Shown in pieces: positions 1 through 12,622 of a stretch of DNA of 64,000 nt. Source of the stretch: Octopus vulgaris (lineage: Eukaryota); assembly GCA_951406725.2 (NCBI GenBank), contig OX597817.1:159650001-159714000 (forward strand), read 5' to 3'. The stretch's first letter is position 1. Every line of letters starts with the position of its first letter. The notes beneath the pieces were generated by a model. The model made no database searches. It worked only from the letters and a program-made list of their open reading frames with translations, and was not told the origin of the DNA. The position numbers and the translations under genes were made by a program.

Positions 1-479
1 CCTAAAATACGTTATGATGCAAAAATATTGGTTAATTTCTAAATTACTTTGTAAACAATAAAGCTGCATTTACTCATAAATTGCACTCTAAATATTGCAT
101 AGAAAACTTAGTACAAAACTTTCATAATGAAAATCTGCATGGAAAATGAGGTTCATGGAGCTTTTCAAATCAAGTTAAATGTTTCTTGCTATTAGTGGAG
201 TTAAATTAGTCACTATGTTGAACACATTTATTAATAAAATAAATTATGAACCTGGTTATCAAATAGCTGCTACATTCGTATTATGTGACAGTAAAATATA
301 TCAAAGAGATCATTAAAGCAAATCAAATAAGTCACCAAAGAACATCTCTTAGGTTAAGCACAATTATGAAATTATCAATTAATAATAAATGATTATTAAT
401 TACAACTTAAAATCAAATCCAAAGTCATAAAAACCAGGTTCTTCAACATCACTGTTGCTAAATAGCTACTTCCTTAACT

Positions 480-890
480 TCAAAATGGAAGCCTGAAATA
501 ATTATATCTTATGATCTAAGACAGTTATTTCTGAGATATCTTGGCTTCTACCACAGACTGAGTGCATGTCTCACCATAAATAAAGCTTTAAACAATGGAT
601 TAGGAGATAACTTGGCAGTTTCCCATTTTATCTCTACAAGAGTTACAATATAACCACTAATCTTCTAATCCAGTCTAAAAAGTTCTTTCTCCATTTCTGG
701 ATATAGAAACTGCTTCCCTTTATGTACCTTCTTAAAAAATTTTAAGACATTTCCAGTAAAGCTTCTTTCTGTTTTCTCCAATCTCTGATGCAGAAAACAC
801 CCTCTCAGCAGTTCTATTACCATGGAAATTTCACAACATTAAGTCGAAAACAGCAATATATGACAAACGTTTTCTCTTCACATTAGTAGC
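480..890 (-). mobile_element. Degenerate pogo/Tigger-family transposase N-terminus (Brinker-like + CENP-B HTH)
   Basis: Manual translation of the minus strand across frameshifts: KRLSY..FRLNVVKF, HGNRTAERVFSASE, WRKQKEALLEMS, YPEMEKELF/DWIR, GYIVT, FMVRHALSL. Typical of pogo-type DNA-binding domains; multiple stops. Confidence 0.65.
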
Positions 891-1739
891 AACCATTATA
901 GCAATGCTTGGTAATGGGGATAAAGTTTTACTCTGTCATACCTATCGCATTTACAACCTGATGTACAAACCTCAATAATTTTTTTGCTCTCTTGATTTTC
1001 ACTCACTATTTTGGGTTTTTTTTTTATTTTTCCATACCAGTTACTTTCAGAAACTGAGCTGAATTCATCACCATCAACCCCATTACTAATATACTTCATT
1101 GCATCACACTAGCAGTGTGTCAATGGGAATGCTTAAAATACCAGACCCAGAGGAACACTTTCTGATTTAATTTTTCTACTGAGTAAAATACAGTATTTAT
1201 TTTATTCATGGTAGCTACAATTATAGGCAATATGTGATCATGTGATTCAACATTCATTATAATAGCTGCTTGTAATTATGATGAAATTTCTTGCACAAGA
1301 CTTCCTGGCCTCACATATAAATTACACAACACCAATTTCTTTTTTTTTTATTGAAGATGAGTTAAAAAAAGTGATGTTTGTGTAACAACGAATGGTATGA
1401 AGCCTAAAAGCATTCAATTCCTTATCAGTTATCACATTCCATCATTCTTATCATTCTACCTCTCTTACACTTCACAGGCCTATGTGTAAGACACTGCATC
1501 AAACCACCTGTACCCAATATACTCCAGCTTCACCCTTTCTGTATTGTATTCTGTATCCCACCCCTCTCTCTCCTCTTAGCCATTTCTATTGTTACCCATT
1601 ACCTATACTTGCCTTTGTCTCTGCTATTGCCTATCACTCCTCTTCTGTCTCTAACCTAATAACTTTATCTCTGCCATCATATTCTTGCTTCTTTCAACTG
1701 TCCATTCTGGCCTTTTGTGTCTTCGTTTTCTAAATTGTT

Positions 1740-2295
1740 TCTTTCTTCAGTCACATTACCATACATGGCAGAATACTAAGTACTCTCTAAACTTAAAGTG
1801 TACAAGGCACTTCTACTGTGCTGGAGCCATGGTGGAAGCTACATTCTTCCATGCACCTTGTAGAATGATCAGTGAGCAGAGGCAAAATATGACTGAGCAG
1901 TCTCATTAGTCCTATCTCATGGTGGATAAACTGTCTCTCTAGTGCTGGTGTCACAAAAAAAAAATGCACTAGGTATATGGATGGCAAATGAACAGAGAAA
2001 GCATATGGATGCAAAGATTCTTTAGTCCTATCACACAGAGAACTTCACAACCTTTCTAGTGCTGGTGCCCTAAGAAAATGCATCCAGTATATTCTGTAAA
2101 AGGAAGATGTGTAGAAAAAGTTTGGTTATAGGAAGGGTATCTAGCCATAGAAATAAGGCCAAGATGACATGTACAAGCACTAGTCTAACAGAACAGAGGT
2201 TCCTAATAAGAAATAACTAGAAATGTGATAATTCATTGATGAACCCATGCTTGGATGCAAAGTGGATGTATGACGATGATGATGATGATGATGAT
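1740..2295 (+). mobile_element. Old RTE LINE 3' end
   Basis: Diverged copy of the RTE 3'UTR (AGGAAGGGTATCTAGCCATAGAA...ACCCATGC...GTGGATGTA) ending in a (GAT)n tail at ~2270-2295. Confidence 0.55.
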
Positions 2296-3494
2296 AATAA
2301 TATAATATAAACAATACTTATGTTGTATTGCTGCTGTCTTCAGTCTTCCCCACCTTAAAAATCACCATCATTTAAACCCATTCTTACAGAGAGATAATAA
2401 CAATATTTTCAGCTGTTTTCCTTCAACTGTGAGACGATGTAAAATATTTTAATCTTTATTCTAATTATTCTGAAGCTAACAAATGAAGCAAACAATTCAG
2501 TATTAAGCAAGAGTTGTTTTTGTTCAAATCCATTACTAAAGCAAGCTACTATCTTGCTCACCAACAGCTACAACTACTAGTTGTTTGACATGCTATCTCC
2601 TTCCTATAGTTCTTCAATTGCCACAACAATGTGCTTGCTTTTAGCTGCATCTCATCTGATGCACCTGTCTCTTTCTATCGTCTATACTAAAACTGAAGTA
2701 AATAATTTATTTATTTATTTATTTATTTTACAATAGAGAAAATAACAGAGTCATTAGTTACAGATTTCCAAAGGGCCAACTTCTAATTCTCTACATTTCT
2801 GGTGGTGATAGTCACAAGGGAGTGTCTGTAATTAGATACAGAACAAATACTTTCAAAAACTCCATTTGTAAAGTGATGGTTTTCGCTTTGCTGTTGATCT
2901 ACACTAGTAATTCACAAACACACACATGTATACACATGCACACACACACACACTCAAGTATATACATGCACACACATATACATACGTGTATATACATGCA
3001 CATATAACAAATATACACCCACATATACATTTCTATATATACACAGGCACATATACATATGGACTGATATAGACATGTTCACACACACAATTTTATACCT
3101 GATTTAATGAATTAAAGAGGTGAAGGGAAAGAACTACAAATCCAACAGTCCCTACAGACATCATTGTGGATTACTGAGACTCTAGAAACAGCTGTTGGAT
3201 TTGTAATTCTTTTCCTTTACACATGCACAAAGACAAACATAAACACATACACAAATCTTGGTTAATCAGGGTTGATCATTCATCTGTATGTGCTGGTCTG
3301 GGCAAAGTTTTTTTATAAGAACATTAGTAGTTATCCCTAGACTACTGTTTTAGGTTGGATAGAACTTGGCACCAGTGTCCATTGTAAGCATTACTGCCAC
3401 AACACAATGCACTGAAACAGACACTACAAGCCATCACATTTGATGCTTTAACAGTTTTGCCAATCCACCATCTTAGATTGATACTTCTTTTTCT

Positions 3495-3694
3495 TATTTC
3501 TTTATTGCCCACAGGGAGCTAAACAGAGGGGACAAACAAAGACAAAGGAATTAAGTCGATTACGTCGACCCCAGTGCATAACTGGTACTTAATTTATCGA
3601 CCTCGGCAGAATTTGAACTCAGAACATAATGGCAGACGAAATACCGCTAAGCATTTTGCCCGGCATGCTAACATTTCTACTAGCTCGCCACCTT
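3495..3694 (-). mobile_element. tRNA-derived SINE, Meta-domain type (internally deleted)
   Basis: Head GGTGGCGAGCTAGTAGAAATGTTAGCATGCCGGG, B box GAGTTCAAATTC, core TCGATAAATTAAGTACCAG; closely similar to 23384-23619 and 53410-53620. Confidence 0.8.
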
Positions 3695-4139
3695 ATTTTT
3701 CTTAATCCCAAAGAATGAAAAGCAAAGTTGACCTTGGTAGGACTTGAACTGACTGCTTAGAGAACAGGAACAAACACTGCAAGGTATATTCCAGCCAATG
3801 TTGAGACAACACTGTTGATCTACTTGTTGCCTTCACAGGAGATACTATAATGATTGTTGTGAATGTGTTTTTTTTTATCTAATGTCATGTCACTTTCACC
3901 TGCCCAAATAGGTTGGTATCATGATGTTTCCACATTTATTTACAATACATCAATTCCTGGATATCAATTTCATGTCTCAAAGCTGAATTTTTATTTCAAT
4001 TAGTCCCTGTAATTTGGAAGCTGTGCAACTCACATTTAAAAATGCATTCTGAGATATGCTTTCATCTCTATTCAAAGGTTTAAAAGGTTTGATAAATGAA
4101 TCTTATTTACTCTTATTACTGTAATTATACTTTATAAAC

Positions 4140-4625
4140 TTACCAGTACACAGAGAAAGAAAGGAATTAGACCACGACAACCCATCCAACCTATGTGAGC
4201 AAGGAAAATTTAAAATGAGATAAATAGTAGAAACACTAATTTTTTAATGACATTAAAATTGGTTGGTATGCGACACTAAAAAGATAGTTGGAAACCCAAT
4301 ATTATCATAGTGAACAACAAATCCAAAATAATGTGAAAATAACTGATATTACAATTCCTGGGAGACTCTAGAATTTGTACAAACGAGAAAGAAATGTAAA
4401 GAATTAAGAAGTTTTCAAACATGAGACTGCAAATATTTAGCAAACTAAAGAAGATATATAATAATACCAATAGAGATAGGTATTATCCCTAATAGACTTA
4501 GAAAGTGTTATGTTGATTATTCCATTTATTTTCCTTTGGTAATGTGGAGAAAATAGATTTCTCTTCATGAAAGTAAAACAAATGGACCAATCAAAATAAC
4601 ACTTGTAAAAAGAAGTCTCAACTAT
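4140..4625 (+). mobile_element. R4/Dong-type non-LTR retrotransposon 3' remnant (REL endonuclease + 3'UTR)
   Basis: Fragments KPNIIIVNNKSK / KITDITIP / GDSRICTNEKE match the PD-D-(K) restriction-like endonuclease. Same family as the inverted copy at 30600-31460. Confidence 0.65.
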
Positions 4626-5395
4626 CATTTAGCATCATTAATAGTGGGTTCATTAATGTGTAATGTTTGTCACTCAGAAATGCAAGGCCTGAGAATGCAA
4701 TGGGGCAAGTGTATATATTTTGGACTCAAAATCACTTGTAGAAATTTTCCCCACAACCTCATCTCCACCAGGATTGCTACCCAAAGCCAGCAAGCTGCAG
4801 CATAGCATCTTTGAACCTAGAAAGAAAACAGAAATTGCCTGCTATTTATTCGCCCAACTTTGGCCACAAATTTTGTGAGTAACTGATTTTATCAATCTCA
4901 CTATATAACAGGCAGATATTTTATAGACACCTCACCTCGAAAAGGATGGCAAGCAAAATCAATTTGGATGGGGATTGAACACAGAACCTAATACAACATT
5001 ACTAATAAATTCATTGGATTGTTGTGAAAACAACAATATCAGATGAATTCCTTACATGCATTTTCATACAATGAAACATATATGGCTCCTTTCATCCCTT
5101 GAAAATACATAAAAAGAAATTTCAGGAAAACATCTGTTTTGTGTGATGTAACATTTTCTGGAAGCATGAACTGGATATAATAACTCTGAATATATTGTAT
5201 TTCCAAATTTTCACAAATGAAATCAGTTAAAATGATGAATGAAAATTTTATTTATTCTTATATTACTCATAGAAACACACCTTTTCTTATTGTATGAGAA
5301 AGGAAATAATCTGATAATATTGTCAACAATTACATAAGCAACAGATACGAGAAATATCATTAAAGAAGAAGAAATCAAATTTCATAAAGATTAGG

Positions 5396-5770
5396 TACAA
5401 ATGTGGCTGTGTGGTAAGAAGTTAGCTTCCCAACCAACCAGTTCTTGGTTCAACCCCACAACATAGCTCCAAGATAATCAAAGCTTTGTAAGTGGATTTA
5501 GTAGATGGAAACTGAAAGAAACCCATCATATGTGTGTGTGTTCTTGTCATGACATTGCATGATAGCTGTGAAATTATTGTCACTGTCATGCAAACAGTGT
5601 CAACACTTTCCAAAATTCTGTGAGAACATGTGGGGAAATATTACCTCGCTTGGAAACAAGTGAGGGTTGGTGACAGAAAGGGTATCTGGCCACAAAATCT
5701 GCCTCACAAAATCTTGTCCGACCCATGCATACAAGGAAAAATAGACGAACATCAGAAAAATAACATGATT
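5396..5770 (+). mobile_element. tRNA/CORE-headed SINE with RTE-derived 3' tail
   Basis: Head TGGCTGTGTGGTAAGAAG...GGTTCAACCC; tail AAGGGTATCTGGCCAC...GACCCATGCA...GACG resembles the RTE LINE 3' end. Second copy at 27765-28135. Confidence 0.65.
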
Positions 5771-5777
5771 GTCTATA

Positions 5778-6176
5778 CAGGACTGAACCTCACACATTTA
5801 GAATTCACTAATCTGGCAGTTTTGATGGTTTGGGATGTTGATATGAATCTTGAAGGCGTTATTTTGCCTGACCACAACAGCTGTGGTACCACTAGTCTCT
5901 TGTATTGTTTAAATCCACCACAGTTTATTTATAATGGTTGATGCTGCAAAAATAGGAATAGCTATTAACTTTTTAACTGATAGTTCACACCAAAATATTC
6001 CTCTGGGGATAAGCAATTATTACAAGTGGTGCTAACAAAGCCAAAACATCAATATTTGACATTAACTCTGTTACAGAAAGAAGTAATACTGAGAAAAACA
6101 GAGAGAAATACATCAATGACAGCCTTGTGTGAAAAATATGGTGTTGGCTCAAAGGCAGTGTATGATGCAAAGAAAT
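5778..6176 (+). mobile_element. Tigger/jerky-like transposon 5' remnant (psq-type HTH)
   Basis: ORF 6026: KHQYLTLTLLQKEVILRK...SMTALCEKYGVGSKAVYDAKK resembles the N-terminal HTH of Tigger/jerky transposases; cut off by the RTE insertion. Confidence 0.6.
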
Positions 6177-6592
6177 CATCATCATCATCATCATCATTTA
6201 GCGTCCGTTTTCCATGCTAGCATGGGTTGGACGGTTCAACTGGGGTCTGTGAAGCTGGAGGGCTTCATCAGGCCCAGTCAGATCTGGCAGTGTTTCTACG
6301 ACTGGATGCCCTTCCTAACACCATCCACTCCGTGAGTGTAGTGGGTGCTTTTTACGTGCCACCCGCACAGGTGCCAGACAGAGCTGGCAAACGGCCACAA
6401 ACGGATGGTGCTTTTACATGTCACCGGCACGGGGGCCAGGCGAGGCTGGCAACGGACACAAACGGATGGTGCTTTTACGTGCCACCGACACGGGGGCCAG
6501 ACAGAGCTGGCAAACGGCCACGAAACGGATGGTGCTTTTACGTGTCACCGGCACGGGGGCCAGGTGAGGCTGGCAACGAACACGAATGGATG
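6177..6592 (-). mobile_element. Young RTE LINE 3'UTR fragment with internal ~60-bp tandem units
   Basis: (CAT)n tail then TTTAGCGTCCGTTTTCCATGCTAGCATGGGTTGGACGG, shared with 31481 and 60658; CpGs retained; about four GGTGCTTTTACG/ATG-initiated repeat units at 6345-6590. Confidence 0.85.
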
Positions 6593-6920
6593 ACAGAAGA
6601 AAAAAAAAACAATTATTTTTAGCAGCAATTTTTAGGGAGGGAATAAGTCAACTACAATGATCTCAGTGTTCAACTGATACTTATTTCAGGGATCCCTGAA
6701 AGGGAATGGAAAAGTTGACTTCAGTGGAATTTGAACTCAAAATGTAAAGATGGATAAAATGCTGTTAGGCAGTTTATATGGCTTGCTAAGGATTCTACTG
6801 GCTTGCTGTGTTAATAAAATAAAATATAATAAAGAAAAATAATATTCAACTTTAGAAATTCTATATTGCATGCAGAAAGAAAAATATTTTGAAAGTAGAT
6901 TTACAGTAAAATGCCAGCGT

Positions 6921-7168
6921 CTTTTAGCTTGTTTCAGTCACTGGACTGTGGCCATGCTTGGTCACTGCCTTCAAGGGTTTTAGTCAAACAAATTGACCCC
7001 AAAAGTTGTTTTTTAAGTATAATACTTATTCTGTTAGTTTCTTTTCTTGAACTGCTAAGTTGTAGACACAGACATGCATACACACACACACACACACACA
7101 CAACAGGTTTATTTTAGTTTCTACCAACCAAACAGACTCACAAGGCACTGGTTGACCTGAGGTGATAT
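6921..7168 (-). mobile_element. CORE-type SINE, old partial copy
   Basis: TTGTTTCAGTCA..GACTGTGGCCATGCT tail and CACAAGGCACTGGTTGACCTGAGG body, homologous to 62677-63073. Confidence 0.7.
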
Positions 7169-7227
7169 AGGGCATTCTTTTGAAATTTTACTAAATTTGT
7201 TAATGTTAGGATAAAATAAGAGTTAAA

Positions 7228-7251
7228 GTAGTAGTAGTAGTAGTAATAGTA

Positions 7252-7294
<43 letters not shown>
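7228..7294. repeat. (TAG)n(TAA)n compound microsatellite
   Basis: Directly visible. Confidence 0.95.
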
Positions 7295-7295
<1 letters not shown>

Positions 7296-8632
7296 TTTTA
7301 GAACAAAATTCTTCAATACATATAAAATTCACCTTCAGACTTCAACTCATATCAAATTCACACTTTTCCTTCTGCACATTCTAGAGAGGCATTGGTGAAG
7401 ATGAATTTGTAGCAAACTCTAGTGAACTTCCTTTCTCTATTCTATATACATACATATGAACATAGCAGGTAACAGCTAATCTTTGGGTGCTGTTTTGAAC
7501 CCCATTGTGTCTACCACTCTGATTAGTTTGTATTGGTGTAATTTGACTCTTACTCTATCATGCACCAATATACAATTTGACCTATCGCAGCCTCCAAATA
7601 AATCACGTGAGACAGTCTTCTAAACTCCATTTGAGTCTACCGTTAACTATAAAAACTCACCTCCTCCTAGTCTCAGGGTCTGTTGGTTCCAGACCTTCTA
7701 TGGTCTAACCACTGACCACATTGCAGTGACCTCCATCTTCGTCACCACCATCATGTCTCTCACCAATGTCATCAACAACATCTCAACACAGCACCAACAA
7801 CACTGCACTAGTTCTAACATATCACTGTTCATGAGCTTCCTCACCAAGGTTAACAGCAAACATACCACCCACACAGATGCATGTAGATATATGAATAAAT
7901 GTACATCAACCACTTCCATTTATCATTCAGCTTGTGCATATATACGTATGGCTAGCATTAAAGACATTCAAAGTTACCACTTTGTTCCATGTATTTCTTT
8001 AAACTGTGTTCCTATCAAATGATACAACAGCGTTCTGAGTAGAGTCACATAAGATGGAATACAACCCATCCTTCTATATGTTTTATGTGCTGAACTACTT
8101 ACCAAGTGCCAATAAGTTCAAATTTTACACAAGTCAACACAGTGTACCTCCAAGTATGACATCTAATTCTACCCGAACTAATTTGCTTCACTGACTTAAA
8201 ACTTCACCCACTATTTCATTGTTGGTATGTTAGAAGAAGAAAGAGCAACCACTTGTAAAAAAGTTGGTCAAGCAAAACATCACTGCATTCATGCAAGCAT
8301 AAAATAATGGGTGTAAACTAGCAAAAAAATGGTTTATATGATTCAAAATTGTACAAAAATAAAAACACAGGTGAGGGAACAACAAACAAGGTGTATTAAC
8401 TCAGAAAAATGGAAGTCATTGATATTTCAAGCCTACACAAATATTTATATGAGAGAGGGGAGATAGCAAGGTGCTAGTGATGAACTAGAAATCATTTTCT
8501 ATTACGAGCCTTAAGGTAATGTTAGACACTGAGAATAATAGATTACATTGAGAGTAATTGGTGGTATGTTTTGCTCAGAATGAGCTTTTAAAATGAAAAA
8601 CTTGTATGAAAAGCTTATATTAAGTGAACATA

Positions 8633-9013
8633 AGTGCAGATTTGGCTGCGTGGTAAGAAGCTTGTTTCCCAACCAAATGGTTCAGGGTTCAACCTCACTG
8701 TGTGGCACCTTAGGCAAGTGTCATCTACTATAGTCTCAGGTCAACTAAAGCCTTGTGAGTGGATTTGGCAGGCGGAAACTGAAAGAAGCCCATCATATAT
8801 ATATATATATATATGTGTGTTTATTTGTCTGTGTTTGTCCCCCCCACCACCATTGCTTGACAATCGATGTTGGTGTGTTTACATCCCTGTAACTTAGCAG
8901 ATTGGCAAAAGAGACTGGTAATATAAGTCCTGGTGTTGATTTGTTCAACTAAAAGTGGTGCTCCAGCATGGTTGCAGTGAAATGACTGAAACAAGTAAAA
9001 GAATAAAAGAATA
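8633..9013 (+). mobile_element. tRNA-derived CORE-type SINE
   Basis: A box TGGCTGCGTGG, B box GGTTCAACCTC, CORE-like ACCTTAGGCAAGTG, internal (TA)n(TG)n, tail GGTGCTCCAGCATGG...ATGACTGAAACAAGTAAAAGAATAAAAGAATA. Confidence 0.85.
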
Positions 9014-9035
9014 AGATATGGCCTTCAGCAATATA

Positions 9036-10261
9036 AAGAGGGTGTGTGAGGTATTTGAGGACACTTAATTATCAATATGTTACTCTCTTCAAACTAGTTA
9101 AAAAGTTTTTATTTTATCAGATCCCCCCATGGCAGATAAAATAACATATGCAGTCACTGTTGCCATATATGCAGAACACAGTGATTTAGCAACTGACAAC
9201 TTTCTAAATATTACAGATCTTTTCTGCACAAAGATCAGATAGAACTGAAAGCTTCTGGCAAGAATGTTTGAAATGTATCAAAGAGACAAAAAAAAAAAAA
9301 CTGAACAGATGCTATAAAGACAATATAATTCATCTAACAAGTTCAAAACATTATCGACGATGATCCCAGAAAATCAATGAAGGCCATTACCAAAATAACT
9401 TTAGGTGTCAGAGTGGACTTTTAGATCAATGTTGCACAAGGACCTCCAATATAAGTCATGTGTACTAAGGAGAAGCCAATTCATGTCTGCAAAGACATAA
9501 GAAAACTGTTTGAACCATGCCAAGTGGTAACTTAACTTAAGGTTAAAAACCTTCATGAGCATAATATGCTTTTGTTCTCTGATGAGAAAAACTTTGACCA
9601 AAACCAAAGACCTAACAGGAGAAATGACAAAATAATGTGCAGCTCCTGGTGTTCCCAGAGTGATTCACACTAAGTTCCTAGCAACTGTGATGATTTTAGG
9701 AGTGGTGAGTAACAAAGATGTTATGCCAGAGGGTTATAAAATTAATGCTGCTGGATAGGTTGAGGTGCTGAAGACAGTCATTTATTCTGGGATGGATGAA
9801 ATATGTAGTAAAAGATCTTAAGTGCTTCAACAAGACTCAACATCTCATAAAGCTCACATAGCTCAAGATTAAATGTCAGACACAATCTTTATGATCATGT
9901 AGCACCAAATTCGTGGCCTCCAGACTTGCCAGATTTAAATTCCACAAACTACTATGTTTGGAGCAGTCTTGAAGGAGAGATTGATTGACATCCTCACAAT
10001 ACCATAGTTTCACTGGAGGCTGCCATTGTCCAGGTGATGTCCAAAATGAATAAAGACCATTTAGTGCAGGTATGTCAATGACTGTGGTCCTGTTTTGAAG
10101 CACTTGCCAAAGCTGAAGGCAGATTCATATAGTTATCTTATGAAAAAGTTTATCAAGGAGATGTGCACAAATTTTTATGAAAAAACATGTTTTTTTTTAT
10201 TGGATTAGACTTGTTTTATTAAATTACCAAATATATCCTCAAATACCTCTCATACCCACTG
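9036..10261 (+). mobile_element. Tc1/mariner superfamily fossil, maT (DD37D)-like
   Basis: TIRs AGAGGGTGTGTGAGGTATTTGAGGA / TCCTCAAATACCTCTCATACCCACTG. Disrupted transposase motifs FSDEKNFDQNQ..NRRND, HTKF.ATVMILGVVSN, QQDS..HKA, WPP.LPDLN...YYVW. Confidence 0.75.
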
Positions 10262-11027
10262 TGTACATACATACACACACACACAATCATCATTTTACAT
10301 CAGTTTATCTGCTTTTCTATGCTTTCTTATGTGAAACTTGTTCAAGTTAATTCTTACTGAGAATTAGTTTTCCTTAATTTGATGAGGACTACATCTCACT
10401 TCTATCAGGAACCACTTGGACAAGCAAATACAAGAGATTACACATATAAGTCCATTAATGTCTTTCAAGCAAAAAGAATTTGTCTATCGAAATGTAATTT
10501 TTTTTTTTTTTGTTTCATCATTGTGAAGACTATTTTAGATTAATTTGTGTTAATATGCCTGGAAAATTTTTCCAAGCCCTTTTTGAGGTTTGCTTGCACC
10601 AATTAACAACTTGTGCTATTTATAATGGTTTTCCATAGTTTGCTTGAGTAGTGAATTGTGAGACAGGAACAAGCATGTTTCTCTCAAGTAAATAATTAGT
10701 CAAGTGTAAAACCAAATAGAAGGTTACTAAATTATCCTTGTCAAAAGGAGAATGATTATAATGCATTTCATAGTTTATCTAAAGCTGCAAATTAGGAGAG
10801 AACAAAACTAAAAGAGGGAAAAAAAAATATCATTGTTGTTTGAGTTTCCTGCTTTGAAGATTTACTAAGAATGCTACTGGGAAATTCCTTAGTCAATTAC
10901 TTATGCAATTATGAGATGCAAATTAGTGTTAATCTGCTTGGATTGTATTTACAGTGCAGCAAACTTTAGATTAGCATTAATGTAAAATTAATAACAAAAA
11001 CTTCAGATTACCAGTAATGTAATAATA

Positions 11028-12255
11028 TTAGGTTATCAAGTATGAAATTTGTATTATATTTTGACAATCTTTATTTTTTGTTAGAAAGCTGAAACATCTG
11101 TTCCTTTATTCTAACTCATTTTGAGCTTTATAAAGTATTTATAAATCATTTTTTAATTTTTGTTTAGAGATGGATATGTCAGAAATTCATACAGTTTTGA
11201 AATGTGAGTTCTTTCTTAGAAATACAGCACCACAGACAGCTCGGAATATTAATGGAGTATTTCATTCTAATGTAATTACACAGAAGACAGTATCAAATTG
11301 GTTTGCAAAATTTCGTTCTGGTAAATATGACCTCAAAAATGAGCAATGTGGTTGACCAGAAACAAATGTGAAGAGTGACGAACTGAAAGCCACTGTCGAG
11401 TCAGATCCATCTCAAAGTGCCTGTGAATTATCGTTGTTTGGTGTTAGCAAGCAAACAACATTAACTCAACTAGTTCAAATCAGTAAAGTGAAAAAGTTGG
11501 ATAGCTGGGTTCCACATGAACTCAATGAAAATGAGAAAGCAACATTTGGAAGCCTGCATTATGCTACTTTCTCATCCCAAAAATGAATCATTTTTTAATC
11601 AAGCTGTAACATGTGATGAGAAGTGGATTCAATACAACAACCGTAAACATTCAGTACAATGGTTAGACAAAGATGAACCACCAAAACACAGTCCAAAAAG
11701 CAAAATTCATCAAAAGAAGATGATGGTGTGTGTTGGTGGTCTGGCACAGGTGTGATCCATTATGATTTCATTAAACCTGGCTCATCAATCATGGCTAAAG
11801 TATACTGCAACCAACTGGACCAAATGATGCAGAAACATACAAAAACACAGCAGAGACTAGTCAACAGATCCACTCCTATTTTATTGCAAGACAACGCCAG
11901 ACCACACATTGCAAAAATGATATTGGTGAAACTTCAGGCGTTGGAGTTGGAAGATCATCATCCACCATACTCACCTGATCTTGCCCCCACTGACTACCAC
12001 TTCTTCCAGAATTTGGATAACTTTTTGATAGGAAAAAAATTAATTCCAATGATGCTGTAAAACAGGCCTTCAAAGAGTTTATTGGATCTAGATTGCCAGA
12101 TTTTTACAGTTCCGGGTTGGACAAGCTATTGCTGAAATGGCAAAAGTGTATTGACAATATGGGTGCATACTTTGATGAATAAAACGATTCCTTGTATTTA
12201 TAAAACATTAGCAAACTTGTTTTCTTTTCTACAAATTTCATTCTTGATGACTTAG
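11028..12255 (+). mobile_element. Full-length mariner transposon, pseudogenised
   Basis: ~28-bp TIRs (TTAGGTTATCAAGTATGAAATTTGTA / TACAAATTTCATTCTTGATGACTTAG), TA at both flanks. Transposase 11170-12182 with WVPHEL, TCDEKW, QDNARPH, YSPDLAPTDYHFF, broken by stops and frameshifts. Confidence 0.93.
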
Positions 12256-12622
12256 TAATAAATAACTAAAATCAGAAACTACTTTTCATGTCCATTTTTT
12301 TTGTTGGTGGCGTTGGCTGGATAAATAGGTAAAGAAGAAAGTAAAGTCTTGTGTTAAGTCATTCCTATCACAGAATATTTGTGCCTATATTACAACTAGT
12401 CATAATAAGACAGGTGGGAGGAAAAAATAATGCAATCCTAATCACATCAATCGTTTATGCTCTATTAATCGAATATGCTAACCACTGAAGTTATGAATAT
12501 ACACATTTTTTTTATTGTTCATATTTGGGAGTAGCTTGAAAACATCAAATGTTGAGAGAGAAACAGTTATATGGAGATCTGACAGACATACCTGACAGAC
12601 ATAACAGTAAATATGTGATAAA

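Noticed and set aside
896-1099. 67-aa ORF MKYISNGVDG... as a host gene exon
   Set aside because: Bounded by in-frame stops, has no recognisable domain, and lies directly upstream of the pogo transposase relic; most likely transposon 5' sequence.
4240-4625. Segmental inverted duplication with 30640-31000
   Set aside because: Both are diverged copies of the same R4/Dong-type LINE 3' end, not a host duplication.
6345-6593. CRISPR-like repeat-spacer array (also 31650-31960 and 57630-57916)
   Set aside because: The 'spacers' are themselves homologous, the context is eukaryotic and there are no cas genes. These are LINE 3'UTR or SINE-derived tandem repeats.
7138-7332. Poly-Tyr ORF and similar poly-His/Met/Ile-Tyr ORFs
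   Set aside because: Translations of microsatellites.
11170-12182. Domesticated SETMAR-like gene
   Set aside because: No SET domain, several stops and frameshifts, and intact TIRs; an ordinary dead mariner.
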